Of a stretch of 64,000 nt of DNA, positions 51,088 to 60,538 are shown one piece after another (within the stretch, counting starts at the first letter, position 1; each line of letters opens with the position of its first letter). A program made the position numbers and the translations under genes. The notes beneath the pieces were generated by a model that ran no database searches, had not been told where the DNA came from, and was given only the letters and a program-made list of their open reading frames with translations. Where the stretch lies: NCBI GenBank assembly GCA_963772455.1, contig CAVYXJ010000007.1:1-64000 (forward strand), read 5' to 3'. Origin of the DNA: Candidatus Bathyarchaeota archaeon (lineage in GTDB: Archaea > Thermoproteota > Bathyarchaeia > Bathyarchaeales > Bathycorpusculaceae).

Positions 51088-54000
51088 TTATGCCTTCTCC
51101 TTAAGTCTTAATTTTGGTGTGATGCATAAGCTCTGAAGTTCTTGCAACAGAAGCTTAAAAGCGTAAGACACGATAACTGGTGAGATCTTGGCTTTCTCGT
51201 CGCATATCTTGCAGACATAGCGCCTTTGCTTCATGTCGAAGAAAGCGATTTGTCCGCAGTTCTCACAGATGTATAACGTGTATTTGTCCGATTCTTCCAA
51301 TAGCCTATCTCTTAGAAGCATGGCGGCTCCGTGTCCAATAAGGCAGTCTCGTTCCATTTCTCCGAATCTGAGACCACCACCTCTTGCGCGCCCTTCAGTT
51401 GGCTGGCGTGTGAGCATTTGGACTTGACCTCTAGCTCTGGCGTGGATTTTATCTGCAACCATGTGGTGTAGTTTTTGGTAGTAGACTATACCAACGAATA
51501 TATCTGCGATGAATTTTTCGCCTGTCGTGCCGTTGTAGAAAACTTCGCTTCCCGTTTGGCTAAATCCGAGTTTGACTAGATTTTTGCGAACTTCGTCGGG
51601 TCCTTCGTTTGAGAAAGGTGTACCATCTCCTGGTTTGCCTCTTGCGCATGCTGCTTTGCCTGAGAGTGATTCGATGAATTGTCCGATGGTCATTCTTGAG
51701 GGGATTGCGTGTGGATTGATTATTAAGTCTGGCACAATGCCGTCGTCTGTGAATGGTAGGTCTTCTTGCGCAACGATTAAGCCTATAACTCCTTTTTGTC
51801 CATGGCGTGAAGCAAATTTGTCGCCTAGTTCAGGAACTCTTTGATCTCTTACGCGGACTTTAACGAGTTGACTGCCTTCCCCTGACATTGTTACGAATAT
51901 TCCGTCAACTATGCCTGTTTCGGAGGGACGCATGTCTACTGATGTATCGCGCATTGAGGGTCCTTTAACTTCGAATTCTTTGTATTCTTCAAGGAATCTT
52001 GGAGGACTGATTCTTCCGATTAATACGTCTCCACCGACAACTTGAGATTCTAAACTGATTATTCCGTCAGGTTCTAAAAGACGGTAGTATTGTTCTCCTC
52101 TGTAACCTCTTGTGCCTGGTTCTGGAACAGTGAATTTGTCTTTTAAGCCTCCTAGGTATTGGCGGCATTCTGCTTCGTAGATTCGATAGAATGTTGATCT
52201 GGCTAAGCCGCGTTCTATGGATGCTTTGTTGAAGATGATGGCGTCTTCCATGTTGTAGCCTTCGAAGCTGAGCACTGCGACAACGCAGTTTTGTCCAGTG
52301 GGGCGTTGTTTGTATCCCATGACATCCATGTTTTCGGTTTGAACCATAGGAACTTGTGGGTAATGTAGTATGTGTGAGCGTGAATCTACGCGGTGGTGGA
52401 AGTTTGTTCCGTAAACGCCCAGGGCTTGTTTAGCCATTGCGGCTTGGTAAGAGTTTCTTGGTGACTGGTTATGTTCTGGATATGGGATAGTTGATGCGCA
52501 TATTCCAAGGATTGTGTATGTTGCAATTTCCACATGAGTGTTTTCTGGAGCTATTGCGTCGAAAGTTAAGGAGATGAAAGCGTTTTCTTCTTCTTCAGCA
52601 TCTAAATATTCAACTAAACCGTTTTTGATGACGTCTTCCCATGTCCATTCGCCCAGACCGATCTTTTCAAAATGTTTGGACCCGAGTTTTGAAACACCGT
52701 TTTCAACGATTATGAGAGGGCGTCTGACTCTGCCTTCGTCGCAGTTTGCATGGACTTCTTCTGTTTCAGTTTGGGCTTTAGAGAAGTAAGTTACGTTAAC
52801 TTCTGTTGAGATTTCGCCTGCTCTTCGTTTCTGGCGGAACGATTGCACCATGTCCTTTGGGTTATTACAATAACCAATAATGTTGCCGTCGACGAAAACT
52901 TTGGCACCTGAAATACGTAGCTCAATTGTGGCTTCTGATGCTGGTACTGTGCCCATTTCAAAGAGCAGCTGCTTTATTTTATCTGGATTTACGCCAACAG
53001 CGATGGAGGCTGATAATGCGAGGTTTTTAACAAGACCGCAGTTGGAGCCTTCAGGTGTTTCGTTAGGGCATAAGCGTCCCCAGTGGGTTGGGTGTAAGTC
53101 TCGGGCTTCGAAGTTGGGTTGGCTTCTGCTAAGTGGCGATTGGAGCCTGCGTAGGTGGCTTAGTGTTGAGATGTAATTTGTTCGGTCAAGGAGTTGTGTA
53201 ATGCCGACTCTGCCTCGTCCCCAGTTGCCAGTTGCTAATGCGTGTTGGAATCTTTCGGTGATTATACCTGGGCGCACGGCGGCTGAGACAGTAATGATTG
53301 GTCCTTTAACGCCGATGCGTTCAAGTTGGTATTTTATGTCTCTAGTTAAGTTTCTAAATGAGACACGGAAGAGGTCTGCTAACAATGGACCACCGAGTCT
53401 TAGTCGTTTATTCTTGAAGTGGTCTTTGTCGTCAGGTTGTCTTCTTCCTGTTTTTAGTTGGATTACGCGGTATGCCATTTCGCCAAGGAAAATGGCTTTT
53501 TCTTTGCGGTTTTTGTCGCTTCTTCCAAGGTGTGGAAGGAAGTTTTTGTCTAGCGCGGTTTCTGCTTTTTGAAGGCGGTATTCTTCGACTTGTCCGTGGG
53601 CAACGCGGTTGCCTATGAATAATATGGCGTCGGCTGGTGTGTCTACACCGATGGCTTTTTCGAATGATGCTGATAGTTGGCTTTGGGTGTCGCTGTCGAG
53701 GGAAACGGATTCTGCAATGTCTTTATCTTTTTCCAGGGTCAAGGCGCGCATGATAACGACGAAGGGAATTTCTGTTGGAACTCCTGGCATTGTTACGTAG
53801 ATTGCATCATCTGATTTTAGTTTAAGTTCGATTCTTGCTCGGAATCCGACTGTTGTTGAGAAGATTTTTGCTTGATAAACCGGCGATGTGCCTTTCTCAT
53901 CTATGTCAACAATAACGCGGTTTGGTGCCAAGTCCTCCATAGCAACTATGACACGTTCGCTGCCGTTCACAACAAAGTATCCGCCTGGATCATCTGGATC

Positions 54001-54453
54001 TTCTCCTGCTGCAATGAGTTCTTCTTTGCTGAGTTGACTAAGGAAGCAAAGTTTGCTCTTTAGCATAACAGGGATATTCCCAATGTAAACAAGCTCTGTG
54101 TCTTGTTCTCTACCGTCAACAACGGGAGTCATTTCGAGCGCAATTGGAGCCGAATAAGCTAAGTTGCGTAATCTGGCTTCCATTGGATAAATTTCATGTT
54201 TTGTTCCATCCACTTCAGTGGCATAGGGACCTGTAATTCTGGATTGAGGGTCAATTACCCATATTTGCCCAAGTTTAACTTTGTAGGGACTTTCTGGAAC
54301 TTCAATGGGGATTTCTGCTACTTCATCCACGACTTCTTGAAGTCCGTGGTCAATAAATTCATTATAACTATCAAGATGCTGGGTTACTAGTCCTTTCTCG
54401 TTGAAGAAAGTTTTCAAAAGATAATGGATATCTTCTTTTTGTGGATTAGTCAA
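51088..54453 (-). CDS. rpoB: RNA polymerase subunit B (unsplit Rpo2)
   Basis: GDKFASRHGQKG, RFGEMERD and C-terminal Zn finger. Confidence 0.97.
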   Translation of the reverse strand: MTNPQKEDIHYLLKTFFNEKGLVTQHLDSYNEFIDHGLQEVVDEVAEIPIEVPESPYKVKLGQIWVIDPQSRITGPYATEVDGTKHEIYPMEARLRNLAYSAPIALEMTPVVDGREQDTELVYIGNIPVMLKSKLCFLSQLSKEELIAAGEDPDDPGGYFVVNGSERVIVAMEDLAPNRVIVDIDEKGTSPVYQAKIFSTTVGFRARIELKLKSDDAIYVTMPGVPTEIPFVVIMRALTLEKDKDIAESVSLDSDTQSQLSASFEKAIGVDTPADAILFIGNRVAHGQVEEYRLQKAETALDKNFLPHLGRSDKNRKEKAIFLGEMAYRVIQLKTGRRQPDDKDHFKNKRLRLGGPLLADLFRVSFRNLTRDIKYQLERIGVKGPIITVSAAVRPGIITERFQHALATGNWGRGRVGITQLLDRTNYISTLSHLRRLQSPLSRSQPNFEARDLHPTHWGRLCPNETPEGSNCGLVKNLALSASIAVGVNPDKIKQLLFEMGTVPASEATIELRISGAKVFVDGNIIGYCNNPKDMVQSFRQKRRAGEISTEVNVTYFSKAQTETEEVHANCDEGRVRRPLIIVENGVSKLGSKHFEKIGLGEWTWEDVIKNGLVEYLDAEEEENAFISLTFDAIAPENTHVEIATYTILGICASTIPYPEHNQSPRNSYQAAMAKQALGVYGTNFHHRVDSRSHILHYPQVPMVQTENMDVMGYKQRPTGQNCVVAVLSFEGYNMEDAIIFNKASIERGLARSTFYRIYEAECRQYLGGLKDKFTVPEPGTRGYRGEQYYRLLEPDGIISLESQVVGGDVLIGRISPPRFLEEYKEFEVKGPSMRDTSVDMRPSETGIVDGIFVTMSGEGSQLVKVRVRDQRVPELGDKFASRHGQKGVIGLIVAQEDLPFTDDGIVPDLIINPHAIPSRMTIGQFIESLSGKAACARGKPGDGTPFSNEGPDEVRKNLVKLGFSQTGSEVFYNGTTGEKFIADIFVGIVYYQKLHHMVADKIHARARGQVQMLTRQPTEGRARGGGLRFGEMERDCLIGHGAAMLLRDRLLEESDKYTLYICENCGQIAFFDMKQRRYVCKICDEKAKISPVIVSYAFKLLLQELQSLCITPKLRLKEKA

Positions 54454-54758
54454 GTTTTCAGTTCTCCCATAAATTTAAGATATAATAATGATTGTGAGTT
54501 TTTGTTAAGCGTGTTTTCACTTTTTCATTTCCTCCGATGCTGGATTGATCCAACTCGAAAAAGGGTTCAGCTAACTTTTCTAAGAGCACAAACACAAGCC
54601 GCGATGCTCGCATATAAACTTTTTTGTACCTCTTGAGTCTAAACTGATTATTTGTTAAACAATAATAAAGCAGTAAAATAAAAAAACTTTACTATCTTCC
54701 GTTTGAATAAATTTTGGAAACTTTGGAACTATAGAGAATGCAGAGACAAAGATGAAAT

Positions 54759-55073
54759 CTAATATCTCGCGATTTTGTAACGAGTTCTACCCATTTGACG
54801 CTGCCGTTTCTCTTGAGCCTCGGTCAATTGAGTTTTACCCGTCTTGACCTCGTAAGTTGTGGGTTCACCAACTTTGTTTCCAAAAAAATCCCGTTTTTGA
54901 ACAACAAAATCTCCATCTTTACGAGTCTTTTGACAATCGTTTCCCATCATTGTTTGATCAAATGCAAAGCGGTCTTTTGCAAGGTTGCCTTTGGCGCGGT
55001 TGCTAGAAAGATTAAATCTTTTTGAAACATTTCCCAGATTTATCGGGTCGTCCTTTAAAGTTCTTTTTACCAT
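54759..55073 (-). CDS. Small PD-(D/E)xK nuclease-like protein
   Basis: GDFVV...YEVKTG..QLTEAQ resembles a VRR-NUC/Hjc-like catalytic pattern. Confidence 0.5.
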   Translation of the reverse strand: MVKRTLKDDPINLGNVSKRFNLSSNRAKGNLAKDRFAFDQTMMGNDCQKTRKDGDFVVQKRDFFGNKVGEPTTYEVKTGKTQLTEAQEKRQRQMGRTRYKIARY

Positions 55074-55133
55074 ACAGAACCTTAGTTTGAAAATACAACG
55101 AGATATTATTTCAACGTTTAGTAAAAAAAAACA

Positions 55134-56027
55134 TCAGTTATTCTTGCGTTTAATTATTTTGATAATTGCTTCTTTTGCGAGATTTTCGGTCTTTTCAGTA
55201 ATAACAGGAAGCAGGTTTAGGTCGGTTTCATATCCTATACTGTTCCTTTCGTTTTGAATTGCTATTTTTGTTGTTGTTCCTGAACCTAAGAATGGATCAA
55301 GTACAAGTTCGCGTTTCACGCTAAACATTCGGATTAGTCTGTGTGCGATTTCTTCAGGATAAGCAGCGGTTCTACGCTCTAAATCGTTTGTTGTCTGTCG
55401 CGTACCTTTGAGTGACCAGATTTGGCTGAACCATTCATCACGTTCTTTTTTGGTGAAAATGCTTTCATATCGTAAAGCATCTTTTGGTGGGAATTTTCGG
55501 AGTTTTCCCTTCCTAAATAACAAAATAAACTCGCAATCAATTGTAATATAAGCGTTTGGTGGAAGGAAACCTGAGCCCAAAAAAGCGCCTTTACCCTTGT
55601 ACATTGGCTTGTTAGTGGGTTTTTTCCAAAGGATATAGGGTAAAGTGGTGAAGCCGATTTTTTCGCACATCTCTGTGATTCGGGAGTGGTTGGGATAGAG
55701 CTGGAATTTGCCGTTTATAGTTCGGGTGGCGTCTCCAATGTTTATGCATGCAATGCCGCCGTCGACTAGGACCCGGTAGGTTTCAGCCCAAACCTTGGCT
55801 AAATAAGCATGCATTGCGGTATAGATTTGATGCACAACATCCTCCTCGCTGATTGCAGCCAATTCACCGAATAATTCTGCAATTCTTGGATCAGCGTTGC
55901 AAAATAGTTCGTCCCACATTGATATCATGGGGTAAGGCGGCGAAGTCACCATTAACTGGACACTTCTGTCCTCAAGTTCACTCATTCGCTGGCTGTTGCC
56001 AAAGATAATTGTATGCTGAGTCTGCAT
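55134..56027 (-). CDS. Site-specific DNA methyltransferase, N4-C/N6-A, beta class
   Basis: TSPPY (motif IV) at the N-terminus and VLDPFLGSGTT (motif I) at the C-terminus. Confidence 0.92.
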   Translation of the reverse strand: MQTQHTIIFGNSQRMSELEDRSVQLMVTSPPYPMISMWDELFCNADPRIAELFGELAAISEEDVVHQIYTAMHAYLAKVWAETYRVLVDGGIACINIGDATRTINGKFQLYPNHSRITEMCEKIGFTTLPYILWKKPTNKPMYKGKGAFLGSGFLPPNAYITIDCEFILLFRKGKLRKFPPKDALRYESIFTKKERDEWFSQIWSLKGTRQTTNDLERRTAAYPEEIAHRLIRMFSVKRELVLDPFLGSGTTTKIAIQNERNSIGYETDLNLLPVITEKTENLAKEAIIKIIKRKNN

Positions 56028-56143
56028 TGCTTCTATGTATCATCGATTGGTGCTTTTACTTTTGCGGTAATATGAATCCAAAGAGAATCCGTTATCACCT
56101 GTTTTCGAAGCAGTTTTTATAAGATAATTTAAATCCGTTACTA

Positions 56144-56815
56144 TTGATGAAAATACCTTATCAGCGAATAATTTACCATCTACCACTTAAAGAACTCAAC
56201 GAAGATGCCGCAATACTTTTAGGACTTCATGCTGGTGACGGATGGCTTTCAGATAAATGGGGAATAAGTTGTGGTCTAAATGATGAAGAAATGCTTGCAA
56301 AAATAATTGAACTTGTTAGAAACGTCTTAGGAGTTGAACCAAACACACCTGTTAATTGTCCTTCAGGTAAAGCTGTGATGATTAGGAGTGGTCAACCTCA
56401 GGCGTTAGAGTTCTTTCGAAATTATGGTTTCCCACAGGGGAGAAAAGCGGGAAAGGTTACTATCCCAAAACAAATCCTTGAATCGAGTGATGAAAGAATA
56501 CATAGAGCTTTTTTATGCGGCCTATTCAGTACAGATGGATGCTTTAGTTTTCAAATAAACCGGGGACCGAGAGTTGAAATCCAAGTTAAAAGCAAAGATC
56601 TCAGAGATGGGTTCACAAATTTAGCTGATAAATTAGAATTCAAATTCCGAACATATGAGTATATGCCACCTAACGGTAAAAATAAATCGCCTCTACACGT
56701 CGCATATACAACTCGGTCGCAACAGGTAATTCGTTGGATGGAGAAGATAGGGTCGATTAAAGATGCGCATAAAATAAGGTATAACAAGTGGAAAATGTTA
56801 AATGACCGAAGTTAA
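56144..56815 (+). CDS. Free-standing two-motif LAGLIDADG homing-endonuclease-family protein
   Basis: LLGLHAGDG and FLCGLFSTDG motifs about 100 aa apart. No intein or intron host flanks. TTTATAA box about 25 nt upstream. Confidence 0.85.
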   Translation: MMKIPYQRIIYHLPLKELNEDAAILLGLHAGDGWLSDKWGISCGLNDEEMLAKIIELVRNVLGVEPNTPVNCPSGKAVMIRSGQPQALEFFRNYGFPQGRKAGKVTIPKQILESSDERIHRAFLCGLFSTDGCFSFQINRGPRVEIQVKSKDLRDGFTNLADKLEFKFRTYEYMPPNGKNKSPLHVAYTTRSQQVIRWMEKIGSIKDAHKIRYNKWKMLNDRS

Positions 56816-56835
56816 TTGTTTTTAGCGGTTATTAT

Positions 56836-56986
56836 GCTACGGTAACCAAGCTAGGTCAAAGGTGAAAGAATACGCATTTTGCGTGTTCCACTAAGGACTC
56901 AAGATCTCGACGCTTTGACTCAAGCGCCCAAATGGGAAATCCTTTCCCTCAGGGGTTCGCAGGTTCAAATCCTGCCCGTAGCACCA
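56836..56986 (+). tRNA. tRNA-Leu(CAA) with two introns (56867-56894 at 28/29; 56904-56938 at 37/38) and encoded CCA
   Basis: Acceptor stem GCTACGG/CCGTAGC; D arm ACC...GGT; anticodon stem AAGGA/TCCTT with loop CTCAAGA after splicing; long variable arm; GGTTCAAATCC T arm; BHB-type junctions. Confidence 0.92.
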
Positions 56987-57046
56987 CAAAAAATTTGTAC
57001 TTTTAGAGAAAATTATATACTCCAAAACTTGTAGTATAAGTTTAAT

Positions 57047-57298
57047 TTGGTGACTTGGTTGGTCAGGATAGTTTTCACAGAAGATGAAAGGAGAAACCTC
57101 AAAGTCATAGCTTTGGAACTCTTGGAAATCCGCAAGCTCGTCGTAGAACTTACTGAAACATTGGTAAACGCAAACGACAAAAAACTAATGAAGATGCTTA
57201 ATGGAAGCCAAGATGATCTCAAAGAAAACAAAGTAGATACCTACAAAGAAACTTTGGAAAGACAAATAGACATAGCGGAAAAAGAATTTCGCTCATAG
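57047..57298 (+). CDS. Hypothetical helical protein
   Basis: 83-aa ORF just downstream of the tRNA. Confidence 0.55.
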   Translation: MVTWLVRIVFTEDERRNLKVIALELLEIRKLVVELTETLVNANDKKLMKMLNGSQDDLKENKVDTYKETLERQIDIAEKEFRS

Positions 57299-57490
57299 AC
57301 GATTCATGATCTTTTTTGATAATTCGCAAGCTCTAATCTTGCCCTCATCACGAACCAAATCCTTCGTTCTTATGGAAAGAGATAATACATAGCGTCAATG
57401 AGTATGTTAAGAATACAAATAAGCTGTTTCTCTAGTTGTCAAAACTACGTTTTACGCTTAATTGCAATCTAAAAAATAGGAGAATACACT

Positions 57491-57688
57491 ATGCAGAAAA
57501 TGATCGCATCGATGACTTTAACTTGCCCTCAATGCAACAAGAAATTCGAGTTCGACGCAGTGGGAGAGAACGAGTTCGTTCCTTGCCCTATATGCGGAAC
57601 CAACTTCTTTATAGCTAAAAAAGGCAATAAGTTAATCCTTGAAAGCTTCGAGCAAACCCTGTCTGAAGAATTAGCAATTCTGGTTTAA
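57491..57688 (+). CDS. Small zinc-ribbon protein (LysW-like fold, no EDWGE tail)
   Basis: CPQC...CPICG; AGGAG SD upstream. Confidence 0.7.
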   Translation: MQKMIASMTLTCPQCNKKFEFDAVGENEFVPCPICGTNFFIAKKGNKLILESFEQTLSEELAILV

Positions 57689-57818
57689 CCAAGATAGCCA
57701 GCTCGGACTAATTTTTTTTTCGATTTTTTTACTTTAACTGACATATTCTTATACGCGGAGCTCTTCAAAACAAAATCCAAATAACCATGCCAACATTATC
57801 CAGTAAGAGGTAGATGCC

Positions 57819-59603
57819 TTGACGGCTAATAATAATGTAACATGGGACTTAACGGAACTTTTCCCAAGCATAACTGACCCCAAAATTGACCAAGCCATTG
57901 CAGAGGTCACAGTAACGGCAAACGAGTTTGAGAAGACTTACCGTTGTAAAATAGCTAGCTTATCATCAGAGGGTCTACTTATGTGCTTACGCGATCTTGA
58001 GGCGTTTGAATTAAAAATTAGCGATTTAACCCTTTATTCTAGCCTTTCATTTGCGATGGACATGACTCAACCCCAGGCGCAGGCATTAAACGACAAGATA
58101 GACAAACTCTCAGCAAACATCAGCAAACAACTCGCGTTTTATTCGCTAGAACTGGGCACATTGGTTAAAACCAACCCTCAAATAATCAAAGAACCAACCC
58201 TTTTCAATTATAGACATACTCTTGAGCGCGTCCAACGCAGAGTAGAACACCAACTCTCTGAAGTGGAAGAACAACTTATCATCGAGAAGGATCAATTTGG
58301 CGTTTATGCTTGGGAGGAATTGCAGAGCAAATGGCTTAACACTCGCCTTTTTGAAGTTGTGGTTTTAGGAGAGAAAAAAACTCTGAGCTACGGAGAAGCT
58401 AACGGTTTGTTACCGCATCATGACCGAGCAACACGGGAATCAGCTAACCGCTCAATCTATGGGTTGCTGGGTAAGGATGGCGAATTGTTCTCGGCAGCAC
58501 TGCGTAATATCTGCAACGATTGGGTAAGTGTGTCTAAACGCAGAAAATATGCTTCACCCATGGAATCTAGTTTTATTAGCAACGACACTGAGAAAGGAAT
58601 CATTGGCAATTTGCTTAAAACCGTCGAAGCAGGCGTAGTAAGTTATCGGCGCTACCTTAAGCTTAAAGCAAAACTCATGAGCTTGCCAGTTTTAGGCAAC
58701 CACGATATCATGGCTTCACTTCCCAAGATGCCAGAATTCAAATTCACGTTCCAACAAGCAGAAGATCTCATTTCCAAAGCCTATGGTCGATTTGATCCCC
58801 AATACGCTGCAGCGGTCAAAGAAATGTTCCAAAAGCACCGTATAGACGCCCAACCAAGATTCGGCAAACGAAACGGCGCCTTCTGTGCAGGCTTCTATAA
58901 AGGCAAATCGGCTTACATCTTGCAAAGTTTCAACGGTACGCTCACAGACGTTTTCACATTAGCTCATGAACTTGGGCACGCCACTCACGACTGGTATGCC
59001 TCGAGAAATCAAACAATGCTCAACATGCACGTTCCGTCCATTGTAGCAGAGACGGCTTCAATTTTTGGTGAGTTGTTACTAACTGATCTGCTTTTGGATG
59101 AAGCAAAATCTGATGAAGAACGCAAAGCACTGCTATGTCTTGTTTTGGATGAGGCAGGTATGACAACGTTCCAAGTTACTGCAAGAGTTTGGTTTGAACA
59201 AGCACTCTACGAGTCCATTGAACGGGGCGAATTCTTGGATTACAAAACCATTTGTAGCCACTGGACTAATAGCCGAGACCGCGTTTTCGGCGATGCAGTC
59301 ACATGGTTCCCAGAAATGCAGGCTGAGTGGACAATGAAACCCCACTACTTCATGGCTAACTACCGATTCTACAATTACCCCTATGTCTACGCCCAAATGT
59401 TCGTTTATTCACTTTATGAGCGGTATTTAGATGAAGGCAAAGCTTTCGTTCCCAAGTTGGTGAAAGTGTTGTCTGCAGGTGGAAGCATGTCCCCAAAAGA
59501 AATCGGTGAAGTCGTCGGCTTGAACGTTGCCGATCCAAACTTCTGGATGGATGGCTTAAAAGTGTTCGATCGCTTAATATGTGACCTCGAAAAAATCATC
59601 TAA
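57819..59603 (+). CDS. pepF: Oligoendopeptidase F (M3B)
   Basis: WDL N-terminus, GKRNGAFC, TLAHELGHATH, AETAS and HYF..FYNYPY motifs. Confidence 0.93.
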   Translation: MTANNNVTWDLTELFPSITDPKIDQAIAEVTVTANEFEKTYRCKIASLSSEGLLMCLRDLEAFELKISDLTLYSSLSFAMDMTQPQAQALNDKIDKLSANISKQLAFYSLELGTLVKTNPQIIKEPTLFNYRHTLERVQRRVEHQLSEVEEQLIIEKDQFGVYAWEELQSKWLNTRLFEVVVLGEKKTLSYGEANGLLPHHDRATRESANRSIYGLLGKDGELFSAALRNICNDWVSVSKRRKYASPMESSFISNDTEKGIIGNLLKTVEAGVVSYRRYLKLKAKLMSLPVLGNHDIMASLPKMPEFKFTFQQAEDLISKAYGRFDPQYAAAVKEMFQKHRIDAQPRFGKRNGAFCAGFYKGKSAYILQSFNGTLTDVFTLAHELGHATHDWYASRNQTMLNMHVPSIVAETASIFGELLLTDLLLDEAKSDEERKALLCLVLDEAGMTTFQVTARVWFEQALYESIERGEFLDYKTICSHWTNSRDRVFGDAVTWFPEMQAEWTMKPHYFMANYRFYNYPYVYAQMFVYSLYERYLDEGKAFVPKLVKVLSAGGSMSPKEIGEVVGLNVADPNFWMDGLKVFDRLICDLEKII

Positions 59604-60409
59604 AAACCAAGAAGTGCTAATACAATCAATACAATTCCAAGAACAAAAGTGTAGATAGCAAAATAATGAAACCTCTTGGTTAATACTAGCTTTTTCACTA
59701 AAACTATTGCTAAGTAACCTGCTACCATTGCAAATACCAAACCCGCCAAAAGGTTTAATGCACTAACTCCTACACCTTGAGAAAAACTTCCACGTTGCAA
59801 GTAAGCTTCAACTGCTAAGTCGCCTATTATGGCAGGAATCGAAAGTAAAAATGAAAACTTAAAAACAATTTCTCTTTTAACACCTTGCAGCAACCCGCAA
59901 GATATTGTTGCACCACTTCTGGATAGTCCCGGAAAACTTGCAGCCCCTTGTGCTATACCCATGACAAATGCTTTTCGGTAGGATATTTGAGCTTGTTCTT
60001 CCTTTCCGAATTTAGAGAGAACCAGCAAGGTTGCGCCGATGATAAATGTTATACCTATAACTAGGAAAGTTTGGTAGTTGTCGGCTAGATATTGGTTGTA
60101 AAGAAGCCCGATTATTCCTGTTGGAATGGTTGCAACAATTATGAGTGTGATAAGTCGACCGTATTCTGAGTGAAAATCCCGATGAACCAAAGCAGTTAAA
60201 ACCACTTTGATATCATGCCTAAAATAAAATATTACAACTCCAAGTGTACCAAGATGTAAGAATACGTTGAAGAGTGGGGTTGCTTGAAAGCCCAGAAAAT
60301 TCTCAGTAATTCTCAAATGAGCAGTGCTTGATATCGGAAGCCACTCGGTAAAGCCTTGGATTAAACCGAGGATTATTGTTGTTAATAATTGGTCAAGCAA
60401 CACTATCAC
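59600..60409 (-). CDS. uppP: Undecaprenyl-diphosphate phosphatase (BacA/UppP family)
   Basis: QGFTEWLPISSTAHL, PGLSRSGATI and FSFLLSIPA motifs. Confidence 0.93.
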   Translation of the reverse strand: MIVLLDQLLTTIILGLIQGFTEWLPISSTAHLRITENFLGFQATPLFNVFLHLGTLGVVIFYFRHDIKVVLTALVHRDFHSEYGRLITLIIVATIPTGIIGLLYNQYLADNYQTFLVIGITFIIGATLLVLSKFGKEEQAQISYRKAFVMGIAQGAASFPGLSRSGATISCGLLQGVKREIVFKFSFLLSIPAIIGDLAVEAYLQRGSFSQGVGVSALNLLAGLVFAMVAGYLAIVLVKKLVLTKRFHYFAIYTFVLGIVLIVLALLGF

Positions 60410-60538
60410 ATAAGGGAGATCAATTTACGGTAATGTTGATTTATTGTTTATTAATAGGTTTTGCAAAAGCTGAATCTTGATTGAATAGATGAAAACAAAA
60501 AGTTTTTTGAAAAATATTATTTGGGCAAAACGCCCTAA

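Noticed and set aside
47323-54390. Many antisense ORFs over rpoA/rpoB and other genes
   Set aside because: These are shadow frames of conserved genes with no recognisable motifs.
56144-56815. LAGLIDADG as part of an intein or rRNA/tRNA intron
   Set aside because: No intein splice residues, host exteins or flanking RNA exon. The tRNA is complete downstream of the stop codon.
54700-57400. Integrated element or provirus at tRNA-Leu
   Set aside because: No integrase and no duplicated tRNA 3' end (att site) were seen in the window.
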